A stretch of DNA of 62,520 bases, filler included, from Candidatus Methanoxibalbensis ujae (GTDB lineage: Archaea; Halobacteriota; Syntropharchaeia; Alkanophagales; Methanospirareceae), in NCBI GenBank assembly GCA_026134085.1. It is 5 parts of 5 records of this genome, joined end to end, with 100 filler letters (N's around TTAATTAATTAA, not from the genome) between each part and the next. Parts side by side here need not be neighbours in the genome. Positions count along the whole stretch, not along the records: positions 28,871 to 42,941 come from JAOQIN010000045.1; 4 more parts are not named here. One strand, given 5' to 3'. Below the pieces are notes generated by a model. It was not told the origin of the DNA. It saw nothing but the letters and a program-made list of their open reading frames with translations, and did not search any database. Positions 32,101 to 40,884 of this stretch are shown here, piece after piece (the first letter of the stretch is position 1; each line of letters starts with the position of its first letter). A program made the translations under genes and the position numbers.

Positions 32101-35100
32101 TCTCCGAATACAACCTATTACTTAGTTGTAAGTTCAACAGATAAGGCGGGAAATTCTGCTCAGAGCGATGAACAAAACTTCAAAACAAAAGAACTTTCAA
32201 ACATAGTTTATGTAGCCACAGACGGCACTGGAGATTACAACTGCGATGGCACTGATGACCAGATTGAGATAAATCAAGCAATAGCTTACATCAACAGCAT
32301 AGGCGGCGGCGTAGTTCATTTAAAGAACGGAACATTTGTTATTTCCGATTCAATAAATTTGGCTTCCAATCTCATTCTAGAGGGAGAAGGCACGGAGAAA
32401 ACAACAATAAAGATTGAAGACGGAAGCACAAAAGAGAATTGGGCCACTATCGCAGGAGACGGAATATCCTCAACAGTAATCAGAAATCTAACAATTGACG
32501 GAAATAAGGACAACTGTCCCGTTCCTAATAGAATAAACAGCGATGTTGATACCTTTCATCTCTACAACTCTGATAACATCACAGTTGAAAAGGTAAAAAT
32601 GATTGATTTCTGGACTGATGGTGTTGAATTTTCTCATTCAATCAACTCTATGGTCAAAGATTGTGAAGTTATTCAGGCGGGACATGAGGGATTGAGAGCA
32701 ATATACAGCGACAACATAACATTCTCAAACAACTATGTTTATTCAGCAGGCACTGGAAATGCCGGTATAAGAATATATGAATCCTCAAACTGCATAATAG
32801 AGAACAACTACTTCAATGTCTACGGCTTCGGCATTCTTATCAATCCGCAGGGAGGCGTTTCCTGTGGAAATAACATCTACCGGGATAATTACATAGAAGG
32901 TCACTACGGACTGCCAGGAATAGCGCTCTGGCCCTGGGATACAGAGATAAGCAACGAGACACTCATAAGAAACATCATCGCCAGGACAGACGGAACTCAA
33001 GAACCATACGGACACGGAATTCATCTCAGAACAAGGGGAACTGCAAGTCTCAAGAACATAAAGATAATAAACAATGTGATCAACAATGCTTTAAAATCTG
33101 GAATATATGTGGATGACGGTGCAAATGTGAGCAATATTGTTGCGATGAACAATATCATTGTGAACAACGGTGAATATGGCATATACGGAAATGTCCTTTC
33201 ATCATACAACGATGTGTGGAACAACAACGCTGGCAATTACGGCGGCGGTGCATCCGCTGGAAAGGGGGATATTTCCGCTGATCCTCTCTTCGCATCTCCA
33301 CCGCATGACTTCCATCTGAAATCGCAGGCGGGAAGATGGAACGGCTCTGCCCCCCGAGTGAAAGATAATGTCACATCGCCCTGCATAGATGCTGGCGTTC
33401 CTTCTGAAGAAGACCCCGTTTACGGAGACTATCGCAACGAACCACCACCGAACGGCAGCAGGATAAACATGGGTGCTTATGGGAACACGAGAGAGGCTTC
33501 CATGTCTGTTGAAATTGAAGAGAATACATACAGCATTTCAGGATATGTGAAATATGAGAACGGAACAGGTATATTCAACGCTCATGTCACAGATAACAGG
33601 ACAGGCGCGGAGGATTATACGGATAAGAAGGGATATTATGTTCTACATGGATTGACAAACGGAACTTATCTGATAACTGCGAGCGCAGGATCGCTTTCAA
33701 ATTCAATCGTCGTGACAATCGCAGGAAGAGATGTTGAGAATGCGAACATCACACTCGCCGGAGAACCTCCACAGATCATTTCGTTCTCTCCTTCAGACCT
33801 CACGCCCACTCAATATGTGAACCATACATATACATTCTCGGTCACCGTCAGTCAGCCAGTCTCAAACGCATGGTTCCTTGACGGCGAAGACCAGAACAAC
33901 AACGCTCAATCCTGGACGCACACATGGAGCGCATCGGAAGAGGGAGTGCACAATGTCACTTATTTGGGCATGAACGAGAACGGCAGCGTCTCAGTGAAAT
34001 GGACAGTTGAAGTGAAAAAGAAGAACAATCCGCCATACATATCGCCACTTGAAAATCAGACAGGCTTTGTGGGAGTGCCCTGGTCGTATGACATATCCGC
34101 TTTCGTATATGACCCCGATGGAGACCCGCTCACTGTGACCACTGATGACGAACTCAATATAACAGTTGACGGATTCGTCCTGCACTTTCTGTATTCAGCA
34201 CCTGTGTATGAAAAGCGGGTAAATGTCACAATCACCGATAGCGGAGGATTGAGCGCTACAGAAGACTTTTTCGTCACCGTGACTGAGGGGAATGTGCTTT
34301 ATGTGAGAGACACAAGCGCTCCTCCAGGCACCGTGTCAATTCCGGTTTACATTTCATGTAACATATCAACAGTCGGCATTGGATTCAAACTCTCCTACAA
34401 CAGCAGCGTTCTATCGCTGTTGACAGTTCAGAAAGGAGCTCTCCTCACAGATTCGTGGTGTGATCCCGAAATAGGTGGAGAAGAAGGGGCATATAAGATC
34501 GGTATCGTTGGCCCGGAATCAGATTCGATAGAAAATGGGACATCAGGTCCCGTCATTGTTCTGAATTTTGATGTCATCGGAAAACCGGGAGACAGAACTC
34601 CACTGAACATATCCGATGTGACTTTCGTCTTCGTCGACGGCAAAAAATACACAGAGATAAAAGGCACATCTCGTAATGCGACATTTTCAGTGGAAAATGG
34701 CGATTTCAGCAATTATGTGAGAGGCACAGTGGTATATGCATGCAACAACACGCCCATATCAGACGCATTTGTCTGTTTGAAAGGCGATGACTATGAGGAC
34801 TCAACATACACTGATGAGAACGGCATCTTCATCATATCAATACCGCCCGGCAATTACACATTAACCGCTTCAAAGGAAAGATTCATGGAAAATTCCACAG
34901 TGATTCATATGGGAGATGAGGAGGTGGTCATCATAGATATGATGCTTTACATCAAGGGAGACCTCAATAACGACGGTAATGCATCGCAAATAGGAGATGT
35001 GCAGATGATGTGGAGCGCATGGAAAAAAGAGAAGACCTCACTGCCGGATTATGTTTATGATCTGAATGGAGATGGAGACCCCGCGGATCTGGCAGATGTA

Positions 35101-35142
35101 GCCATGATCTGGAACGCATGGAAAGGAGAGATCGTGCTCTGA
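29185..35142 (+). CDS. Secreted 1985-aa multidomain protein: carboxypeptidase-regulatory-like/Ig/FN3 modules, right-handed beta-helix (disaggregatase-like), cohesin and C-terminal dockerin
   Basis: Signal peptide; VYVATDGTGDYNCDGTDDQIEINQA…DFHLKSQAGRW…SPCIDAG…RINMGAYGNT; cohesin-like VSIPVYI…FKLSYNSSVL; paired GDLNNDG/DLNGDG Ca loops. Confidence 0.82.
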   Translation: MRGKEDGGVKRHVSIFVFLSIAFCLIFCMGTVSAAPSIVAWSSSGGNPTNKDNPQDLMYLVKPGDVITFEIATSEPCSYNWSVNKVDQGINSNTFTFTVPSLNCSQDPSECIWEIHVKAYNDNGEAHQEWVISTLNESEAPDIFDYFTDKKYQSRTETDPWGRALPEWKYNSKWDEPDVSNCDYRISADQEAMLAILNGHDVAFGTWKFRFYIPPNEPRDPQGISYIDYHFLKLKSGDTFKFRASSESHWFFYHHNVNGTAATIMIDQNSAIMRPFDDFYEGKIIRMPDGTIYLYLNDVLAWYWQEAAGGNETSREEDWDTFSIYLDQSKPDMPDKFPIIDCIEIYKNKYLLPSKNVTYGKYASNWLNIEEGYPQNYEPIKRQGIIVRGKGVRLIDIYNMIDNESLFTYDQKTKTAICYTDLVLDYGAELIIENETLKFHCNSPREHWLSMLWASRIKIINSTITSNNNNYWIWRSDSTTHLGFPAQFLLSPYTYGVAPLGYASLQSIIIENSTIDNTAYMFLDSFFELKIRNSKIINLNEVDIGNYSKYGTTRERQHKEFVKGNKSFWILLKEIPAVRFEIDNVVFSGKSSPVNITFIINADRKTKERDWGLFRLNIYNSDFGNENIVVRKSAKFHPIHRPDWPTWFENIIGLVNCKFKNLIILTDMSYVISKYYLDVKVVDDNGNPVKNATVRVVNEVDNQNYPAENIVFKRILHRNIPGWNQNEDWAYEIILYEPLNYTLTGSNGHTPLPSEDPAHTIVIGDYVKDINGATQFTYTITASYNGKTASLSGLDIDESWYRENPDVPTKTVVCNIDTGNCWVEGVATGTLKGKVTDKDTGQPIAGATVTANSHQTTTNSTGDYIITNLLPGSYTVTASKEGYYSSTATAEIFANRTTTLNFQLTKVPVDTTPPEISDINISSITTHSAVISWKTNELSTSLVKYGTSPGSYPHSKEDASYTTYHSIILTGLSPNTTYYLVVSSTDKAGNSAQSDEQNFKTKELSNIVYVATDGTGDYNCDGTDDQIEINQAIAYINSIGGGVVHLKNGTFVISDSINLASNLILEGEGTEKTTIKIEDGSTKENWATIAGDGISSTVIRNLTIDGNKDNCPVPNRINSDVDTFHLYNSDNITVEKVKMIDFWTDGVEFSHSINSMVKDCEVIQAGHEGLRAIYSDNITFSNNYVYSAGTGNAGIRIYESSNCIIENNYFNVYGFGILINPQGGVSCGNNIYRDNYIEGHYGLPGIALWPWDTEISNETLIRNIIARTDGTQEPYGHGIHLRTRGTASLKNIKIINNVINNALKSGIYVDDGANVSNIVAMNNIIVNNGEYGIYGNVLSSYNDVWNNNAGNYGGGASAGKGDISADPLFASPPHDFHLKSQAGRWNGSAPRVKDNVTSPCIDAGVPSEEDPVYGDYRNEPPPNGSRINMGAYGNTREASMSVEIEENTYSISGYVKYENGTGIFNAHVTDNRTGAEDYTDKKGYYVLHGLTNGTYLITASAGSLSNSIVVTIAGRDVENANITLAGEPPQIISFSPSDLTPTQYVNHTYTFSVTVSQPVSNAWFLDGEDQNNNAQSWTHTWSASEEGVHNVTYLGMNENGSVSVKWTVEVKKKNNPPYISPLENQTGFVGVPWSYDISAFVYDPDGDPLTVTTDDELNITVDGFVLHFLYSAPVYEKRVNVTITDSGGLSATEDFFVTVTEGNVLYVRDTSAPPGTVSIPVYISCNISTVGIGFKLSYNSSVLSLLTVQKGALLTDSWCDPEIGGEEGAYKIGIVGPESDSIENGTSGPVIVLNFDVIGKPGDRTPLNISDVTFVFVDGKKYTEIKGTSRNATFSVENGDFSNYVRGTVVYACNNTPISDAFVCLKGDDYEDSTYTDENGIFIISIPPGNYTLTASKERFMENSTVIHMGDEEVVIIDMMLYIKGDLNNDGNASQIGDVQMMWSAWKKEKTSLPDYVYDLNGDGDPADLADVAMIWNAWKGEIVL

Positions 35143-35157
35143 CAAATTCGTTTTGTC

Positions 35158-35196
35158 GTTTTGAGTTGTTTTGAGTTGTTTTGAGCTGTTTTGAGC
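35158..35196. repeat. 10-bp tandem repeat (GTTTTGAGYT) x~4, T-rich, possible terminator region
   Basis: Read directly, just after the stop of the 1985-aa gene. Confidence 0.8.
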
Positions 35197-35424
35197 CCCA
35201 CCGCGGGCATTTGCTGCCTGTCCCCCTTTTGCTCTTCCTCCTCTCTCTTATTCAATATTCTTCCGCTTTCTCTCTCATCCGCTGATTCTCTCTCATCCGC
35301 TGATATTGATAGCAAACTTCTCCTCCTCCTGCGATATAGCTGCCTTTCTTACCGCTCTTTTCTCCTATCTTCGTCTTCTTAGTCTTTCTGGCGTTCTCTT
35401 TTTCTCGGATACCAGTCGGATACC

Positions 35425-35602
35425 ATCAATCCGAAACACCTCCACTGTCGCTACTGTCATTCCCAGGCGTGTGCTGTCCCTGCTGGCGCTTTTCTTTAAC
35501 ACCGCCAACTGAATGCGGGTTCCCGTTGTATTTCTGCTGACAGCGCCGGCGAAGATGGAGTCTCGGAGAGATTGTGACAGCGTGCAGCCGCTACACCGCA
35601 CG
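35425..35602 (-). ncRNA. Candidate structured non-coding RNA, unassigned family
   Basis: 5' hairpin plus a long nested multi-helix stem. Several positions are G-U pairs on the minus strand but A-C mismatches on plus. TATA-like element about 20 nt upstream. Confidence 0.5.
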
Positions 35603-35605
35603 AGT

Positions 35606-35629
35606 GAAATGAAGGATATAAATAATTCG
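35606..35629. promoter_or_regulatory. Putative (bidirectional) BRE/TATA promoter
   Basis: GAAATGAAGGATATAAATAATTCG; TATAAATA starts about 24 nt before ATG 35641 (leaderless spacing) and reads TTATTTATA on the minus strand. Confidence 0.55.
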
Positions 35630-35640
35630 CCAATGTTCCA

Positions 35641-36042
35641 ATGAACTGGCGGCAGGAGTTTGAAATGCGTGAGCGAAGTGGAGAAGAGGAGGAAAACCGG
35701 CGCAAACTTGAAGAACTGAGACGAAGAATAGATGAGACAGATGACGAGATCGCAGAGATGCTGTCAAGGCGAATCAGACTTGCACTTTCCATAAGAAATG
35801 TAAAGAAAGCGCTGAATATACCGATTTCAGATGAGGATAGAGAGAGAGAAGTCATAGAAAAATGGATGGCTCGCGGGAAAATCATTGCTTCAGTTTTCAA
35901 TGCAAACAAATACTGCAAAGTTGAAGATGTTTGTACAGAGATGTTTGCGCGGATAGGAGCTGAAATAGTGAAATACACTCTTCAGATAGAGGAGAAGATG
36001 GATTGTGTGGAGCGAGAGCGTGTGGAGCGTGAGCGTGATTAG
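35641..36042 (+). CDS. Chorismate mutase (AroQ type)
   Basis: LEELRRRIDETDDEIAEMLSRR…VKKALNIPISDEDREREV. Confidence 0.85.
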   Translation: MNWRQEFEMRERSGEEEENRRKLEELRRRIDETDDEIAEMLSRRIRLALSIRNVKKALNIPISDEDREREVIEKWMARGKIIASVFNANKYCKVEDVCTEMFARIGAEIVKYTLQIEEKMDCVERERVERERD

Positions 36043-36058
36043 ATGATGAACGAAGACA

Positions 36059-36637
36059 ATGATGATGACGAGGACGAAGACAATGATGATAAACAGGAGA
36101 CACCGTCGGGTTTTAACGAAGAAAGGTGCTTCAATTGTAATAAGAGACTTCATTGCGGATGACCTGATGAAAGTTGCTGAGATAGACCGTGCTTCGCTGC
36201 TCGGTGGCTCTGCTGAGATATATGCAGCGCTCGCAGGAATCTCCGATACCGCAGACGAAGCCAGAAATGGAGCGATGACAGCGGGAGCGGGAGCAGCAGA
36301 TGTGTTTCTTGTCGCGGTGCCAGCAGCGAAGGAGGCAGCCGAAACTCAGCATGTCCTCGGGTTCATAGTCACAGTTCCTGTTTCACCCCATGTGAGCAGG
36401 ATATTTGCACTCGCAGTCCACCCGTCAATGCGCGGAAAGGGCATAGGAAAGGCACTTCTCAAGGCTGCACTTGACGAATTGAGGAGGCTGCAGAGGTCAT
36501 TCGTGATACTGGAAGTGCGTGAAAGCAATTTCGCCGCTCAAAATCTTTATAAAAGCATGAATTTCTATGAAACGGGATATATCCCCTTCTATTACTGGGA
36601 TGGAGAGGGCGCAATAGTCATGCAGAAAGTGCTTTGA
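36059..36637 (+). CDS. rimI: RimI-like protein N-acetyltransferase
   Basis: LAVHPSMRGKGIG, LEVRESNFAAQNLY and YYWDGEGAIVM. Start uncertain because it lies inside a tandem repeat. Confidence 0.8.
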   Translation: MMMTRTKTMMINRRHRRVLTKKGASIVIRDFIADDLMKVAEIDRASLLGGSAEIYAALAGISDTADEARNGAMTAGAGAADVFLVAVPAAKEAAETQHVLGFIVTVPVSPHVSRIFALAVHPSMRGKGIGKALLKAALDELRRLQRSFVILEVRESNFAAQNLYKSMNFYETGYIPFYYWDGEGAIVMQKVL

Positions 36638-36693
36638 TGGTAAGGTGAACCTGCATTCACATCATCTCACATTCACACATCACAATCGGACAT

Positions 36694-39381
36694 TCACAGA
36701 TTTTTTACCTGTGAGTTTCCGTCTGTGTTTTCTATGAGTATTATGTTATCCGCGGCATCTTCTATTTCGCGATGATGTGTGACTATGATCATCTGGGGCA
36801 GTATTGAGCGAGCGCCTTTGAAGAAGTATTTGAGGATCTCAATGAGTTCTCTTCGCCTTTCCTCATCAAGATGTGTTGTGGGCTCGTCCATTACGATTGA
36901 GGACATTCTGGATGAGAGAGCCCTCGCTATTGCGAGACGGAGTGCGATTGCGACTGCCACCTTCTCGCCACCGCTCATCGCGCGTGCAGAAATCACACCT
37001 CCTCGCTTTATCACGCGCATCTCAAGGTCCTCATCGATCTCAACATCCGATATGTCCATGTTGAAACGCTCTATGAAATCACGCATGTATTCTGATATGA
37101 GCGGAGATATGCGCTGCCTGAGCAATCTCTGCGCTTTGTCTTTTGAGAAGACCTCCCTTATATCCTTAAGAGCAAGGACAAAATCCTTCAACCTGCTCAG
37201 TGATGTGAGCTCGCTGCGCAGATTATCAAACTCAGCTTCTTCAGATTTCAGGCGTGATCTCAACTGATTCTCTCGCTCCTCCATATTTCTTATTGTTGTT
37301 CTGAGGCGCTCAACTTCTTTCGCAATCTCATGATATCTCCGCTCACATTCCTCATATCGCTCAGCTGAGAAGCCCGTCATCTCAATCTCACGCTCTTTCT
37401 CCGATTTCTCCTCTCTCACACGCTCAAGCTCTCCTCTCAAGATCTCAATCTCAGCACTCAGCCGCTCAATGGATGACACCTTCTCCTTCAACACAGCATA
37501 ACGCTCCTTCTTCTCTCGCATAACCTTCAGCTCCTCCTCAGCATCCTCCGGCAGATATCCAAGCTTCTCAACTGTAAGGGAGACTTCTGCCTCGTAATTC
37601 TCAATTTCCTCATTCAACTTCCGCATCTTATCATCAATAGAATCCAGATTTCTCCCTCCTAACGCCTTCTCAGCTGCGATATATTCCTGATAACCGCGCT
37701 CATATTTTCTTTTCTCCTGCTCCAGTCTTCTTATATCCTCTCTCAACCTCTCCAATTTCTGCAATATTTCAGATAATTCCGCCTCAGTACGCTCTATCCT
37801 CTCCTTCTCAGATTCCTTATCTTTCATGCTGCGCATCAGCATCTCAAGCCTTGCGACATCTATCATGCCTATTTCGTCCTTCTCATGTCTGAGACTCTCC
37901 ATTTCACCGTGCTTTTCCTCAATATCGCGCTCAATCCTTCTGAGTTCATCTGAGAGCGTCTGCAGCTCTTTTTCAAATGCCTTTCTGACTTTCTCCCTGT
38001 GCTCCGCGTGAAGAGGGCGCCTGCAGACCGGGCACTCACTCGCCTCATCAATTATGCGCATGTTTTTCGTGATCTCCTTCATCCTTCCGCGTATGCGCCC
38101 TTTCTCATCAATTAACTCACGCAGCACACGATCAATGCTGTGAATGCGGGCATCCAGCTCATTCATCCTGTTCTCCTTCGCAGCGACAGATGCATCTCGC
38201 AGAAACTTCAACGCACGACTCCTGATATGCTCAATCTCCATTTTCATGCGTTCAATCTCCATGTTAAGAGCATCATCCCTGCTCTTCAGCTCCATGAACC
38301 TCCTTTCATGCTCCTTGATATTTTTTTCCTCCTCTTTCATACGCTCAAGTTTTGAAGAGATCTCCTCATATCTGATGTGATCATGCCTGTTGCGCATCAT
38401 ATCATCAATCAATCGCCTTATTTCCGCACGTTCCTCCTTCATTCTTCCATATTCCCTCTTCAAACGCTCAATTTCCGTGATCATCTTGACATACCTCTCG
38501 AGATTTTCCATCCTCAATATGAGGGGCTCAAGCGCCCGCATTTCTTCAGATGCGTGCTCAGCATCCATCAGATCTCGCTCAACCCTCGCCATCTTCTCAT
38601 TAAGCGCACTCACACGCTCGCCAAGCCTCAGCACATCCTCCGAAAGCCGCTGATAACGCGCTCTAACCTTCTTCAAATGTGATAGCTCCCGCTTTACACT
38701 CTCAAATTCAGCCATTATATCATTCAGTTTTTCTGTTTTGGCTTCTTTATCTCGCTTTATTGCAGATATTTCAGCGTTTAACTCCTTTAATATTCTCTTC
38801 TTTTCCTCCATTACCGCTTTCTTTATGTCATATTCCTTCGCCTTATCCTCAAAATAGTCCACCACTTCCCGCATTTTATTCCATGCGGATTCAAGCTTAT
38901 CAATGCCGATCAGCCGGGATATCAGTCTTTTGCGATCTGCCGGCGATGCCTCTATGAGCCCTGTTATCTCTCCCTGTCGTATGAAGAGGGAGTTCATGAG
39001 AGTTTCCCTGTCCATGCCGAGTATGCGGAATACTGCTTCTGTGACCTCTTTATGCGTGCGTGCGATGAGAGTGTCTCCCTCATATATTTCTGCTTCTCCT
39101 GTCCTGTGGCTGCGCGTTCGCATGATGGTGTAGGTGTTTCCTGATTCGCTGAACACGAGCTCAACCCTGGCAAGATCTCTCCCCCGTTTTATGATGTCTG
39201 TTATCCTGTCCCCTCTCACGCGCTCATTGAAAAGTGCAAATATTATGCCGTCAATTACTGATGTCTTTCCCGCTCCGTTCGGACCGATAATCGCAGTAAC
39301 ACCCGCGGAAAAATGAATTTCAGTGTCACTGTGCGAGAGAAAATCCTTGAGATGCACGCGCTCTATTATCATTTTCATCAT
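36694..39381 (-). CDS. rad50: Rad50/SbcC DNA-repair ATPase
   Basis: FLSH, GPNGAGKTS, IRQGEI, long coiled coil with CPVC zinc hook, MSGGE, MDEPTTHLD and IVTHH. Confidence 0.88.
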   Translation of the reverse strand: MMKMIIERVHLKDFLSHSDTEIHFSAGVTAIIGPNGAGKTSVIDGIIFALFNERVRGDRITDIIKRGRDLARVELVFSESGNTYTIMRTRSHRTGEAEIYEGDTLIARTHKEVTEAVFRILGMDRETLMNSLFIRQGEITGLIEASPADRKRLISRLIGIDKLESAWNKMREVVDYFEDKAKEYDIKKAVMEEKKRILKELNAEISAIKRDKEAKTEKLNDIMAEFESVKRELSHLKKVRARYQRLSEDVLRLGERVSALNEKMARVERDLMDAEHASEEMRALEPLILRMENLERYVKMITEIERLKREYGRMKEERAEIRRLIDDMMRNRHDHIRYEEISSKLERMKEEEKNIKEHERRFMELKSRDDALNMEIERMKMEIEHIRSRALKFLRDASVAAKENRMNELDARIHSIDRVLRELIDEKGRIRGRMKEITKNMRIIDEASECPVCRRPLHAEHREKVRKAFEKELQTLSDELRRIERDIEEKHGEMESLRHEKDEIGMIDVARLEMLMRSMKDKESEKERIERTEAELSEILQKLERLREDIRRLEQEKRKYERGYQEYIAAEKALGGRNLDSIDDKMRKLNEEIENYEAEVSLTVEKLGYLPEDAEEELKVMREKKERYAVLKEKVSSIERLSAEIEILRGELERVREEKSEKEREIEMTGFSAERYEECERRYHEIAKEVERLRTTIRNMEERENQLRSRLKSEEAEFDNLRSELTSLSRLKDFVLALKDIREVFSKDKAQRLLRQRISPLISEYMRDFIERFNMDISDVEIDEDLEMRVIKRGGVISARAMSGGEKVAVAIALRLAIARALSSRMSSIVMDEPTTHLDEERRRELIEILKYFFKGARSILPQMIIVTHHREIEDAADNIILIENTDGNSQVKNL

Positions 39382-39467
39382 CTCCAACTACGCATATGTA
39401 TTATATCTCCTTTCTGCGTCTCGCTTTGCCTGAAAGCTTTGTGTGTGAAGGGCTCTGCCCGATAAAT

Positions 39468-40241
39468 CTATTTCAACAAAGCGAATAAGACGAAGCAGGC
39501 ACAGCGGGCGATTTCGTTTGATGCACCGATCACATCACCACTCACCGCGCCTAAATTCCTCACAGAAACGCCGCTCACGATAAATGCGATCACAAAACCT
39601 GTGAACACGAGAAGCGAGCGGTAAAACCCATATAATGGGAAGAAAGGAAGTGAAACAACTGAAGAGATAAAAAGAGATAGAGCAGTAGATGCGAAAAATT
39701 TCTTATATGAGAAATTTTCAATGAAATATGCGCCCATTCCAGCGCGCAATTTCGCATTCTTCCCAAATAACATGCATGAATTCATGCACAATTTCGCCGA
39801 TATCTCAGATACAATGAAAAACTGCGCGAATTGCACGATGGCAGTTTGAGACGACGGGGATCGTGCAAACACGGAATTCAATGCAAATATGTTCAGCAGA
39901 ACAACCGAGAGGACGGCGAAGATCCCTGAAATTCCAACTTTCTCGTCTTTCATCGCTTTTATCTTATCTTCAACGCTGCCGCTTGCGAAAACGCCGTCTG
40001 CGAAGTCCGCCAGGCCGTCAAGGTGAATCAATCCCGTGATGAAATACAGGAAAATCAGTGTTATAACAGCGTTAAGTGAGCTTTCTGATGAAAAATATGA
40101 AATTACCGATGCGAAAACCGCAACTGAAAATCCGATCAACGCGCCTGCAGCAGGGAATAAATAACTTACGCGTGCGATATCGTTTATTCTTGCGTTCCTT
40201 CCGACCGGAAATCTCGTGAGAAAGCCTAAAATGCTCAGCAT
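39468..40241 (-). CDS. cobS: Adenosylcobinamide-GDP ribazoletransferase (cobalamin synthase)
   Basis: FLTRFP, TGLIHLDGLADFADG, AMKD and GAVSGDVIGASNE. Confidence 0.93.
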   Translation of the reverse strand: MLSILGFLTRFPVGRNARINDIARVSYLFPAAGALIGFSVAVFASVISYFSSESSLNAVITLIFLYFITGLIHLDGLADFADGVFASGSVEDKIKAMKDEKVGISGIFAVLSVVLLNIFALNSVFARSPSSQTAIVQFAQFFIVSEISAKLCMNSCMLFGKNAKLRAGMGAYFIENFSYKKFFASTALSLFISSVVSLPFFPLYGFYRSLLVFTGFVIAFIVSGVSVRNLGAVSGDVIGASNEIARCACFVLFALLK

Positions 40242-40499
40242 CTGCCTCACCTTTCCTGTATCACTTTCCTTTCCTGTATCACCACCTTTCCACCGCACAC
40301 AGCATGTCTGCCATTTCATCCAGCAGGCGGATGCATTAGCATTATATTCTGCCTCCAAAAGTGGAAAATCACTCTCACGGTGAGGTGTGAGAGGGGTGTG
40401 TGTTTCTCCTGCTCAACACATGTTCCATTTTTTCATTTTGGGAGCGCGTGTTCAGTTTTCTGGAGCATGAACCAGCAAAGGAACATGGGCCCAAGCGTC

Positions 40500-40710
40500 G
40501 CTCGGTTGGAGCGAAAAGAAGGATAATCTGGAGGAGATCCTGAAGTTATCAGTGATGACCGCGTTTTGTCGCTTATCTCATTCACCCGTGTGACAAACAG
40601 GTGTGCACTTTATTTATATGGCTCAGTCGGTGTGGGGATATTCGCCTTTCCCGCCATTTTCATTGAAGTTGCTCTCCAGGCCTGCGCTCATCGCTTGTGG
40701 GTGGTAATGG
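40500..40710 (+). pseudogene. cbiM: CbiM/NikM ECF S-component, N-terminal fragment
   Basis: Frameshifted pieces EEILKLSVMTAF / VAYLIH / TGVHF / GSVGVGIFAFPAIFIEVALQA match the CbiM consensus AAFFVASLIH..SVH…G.VG…AFPAI…LQA. Confidence 0.65.
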
Positions 40711-40884
40711 TGAGAGGAGTGGATGTTAAATCGGAGCAGATAGGAAGTTTGGGGGATAATACATGGAACGCGAAAAAACGAAAATAATTTTATATTATGT
40801 ACATCACACATCACAATAAGTATGAAAAAAATAGGACATTTGTTTTTACCAGTAGACAGGACCATTGAAGGAAGGTGCGGGAAT

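Noticed and set aside
36040..36095. Repeated ATGATGA (box C-like) motifs suggesting a C/D sRNA
   Set aside because: No correctly placed CTGA D/D' boxes; explained by a tandem duplication
40250..40620. Possible cobalamin riboswitch upstream of cobS (several small hairpins)
   Set aside because: No B12-box or GGGAA…GGTG.AA.TCC core, and part of the region is explained as a cbiM relic on the other strand
40820..40849. NikR-like operator GTATGA…TTTTAC before the DUF4198 gene
   Set aside because: The spacer is 18 nt rather than the canonical 16 and the second half-site is poor; too weak to call
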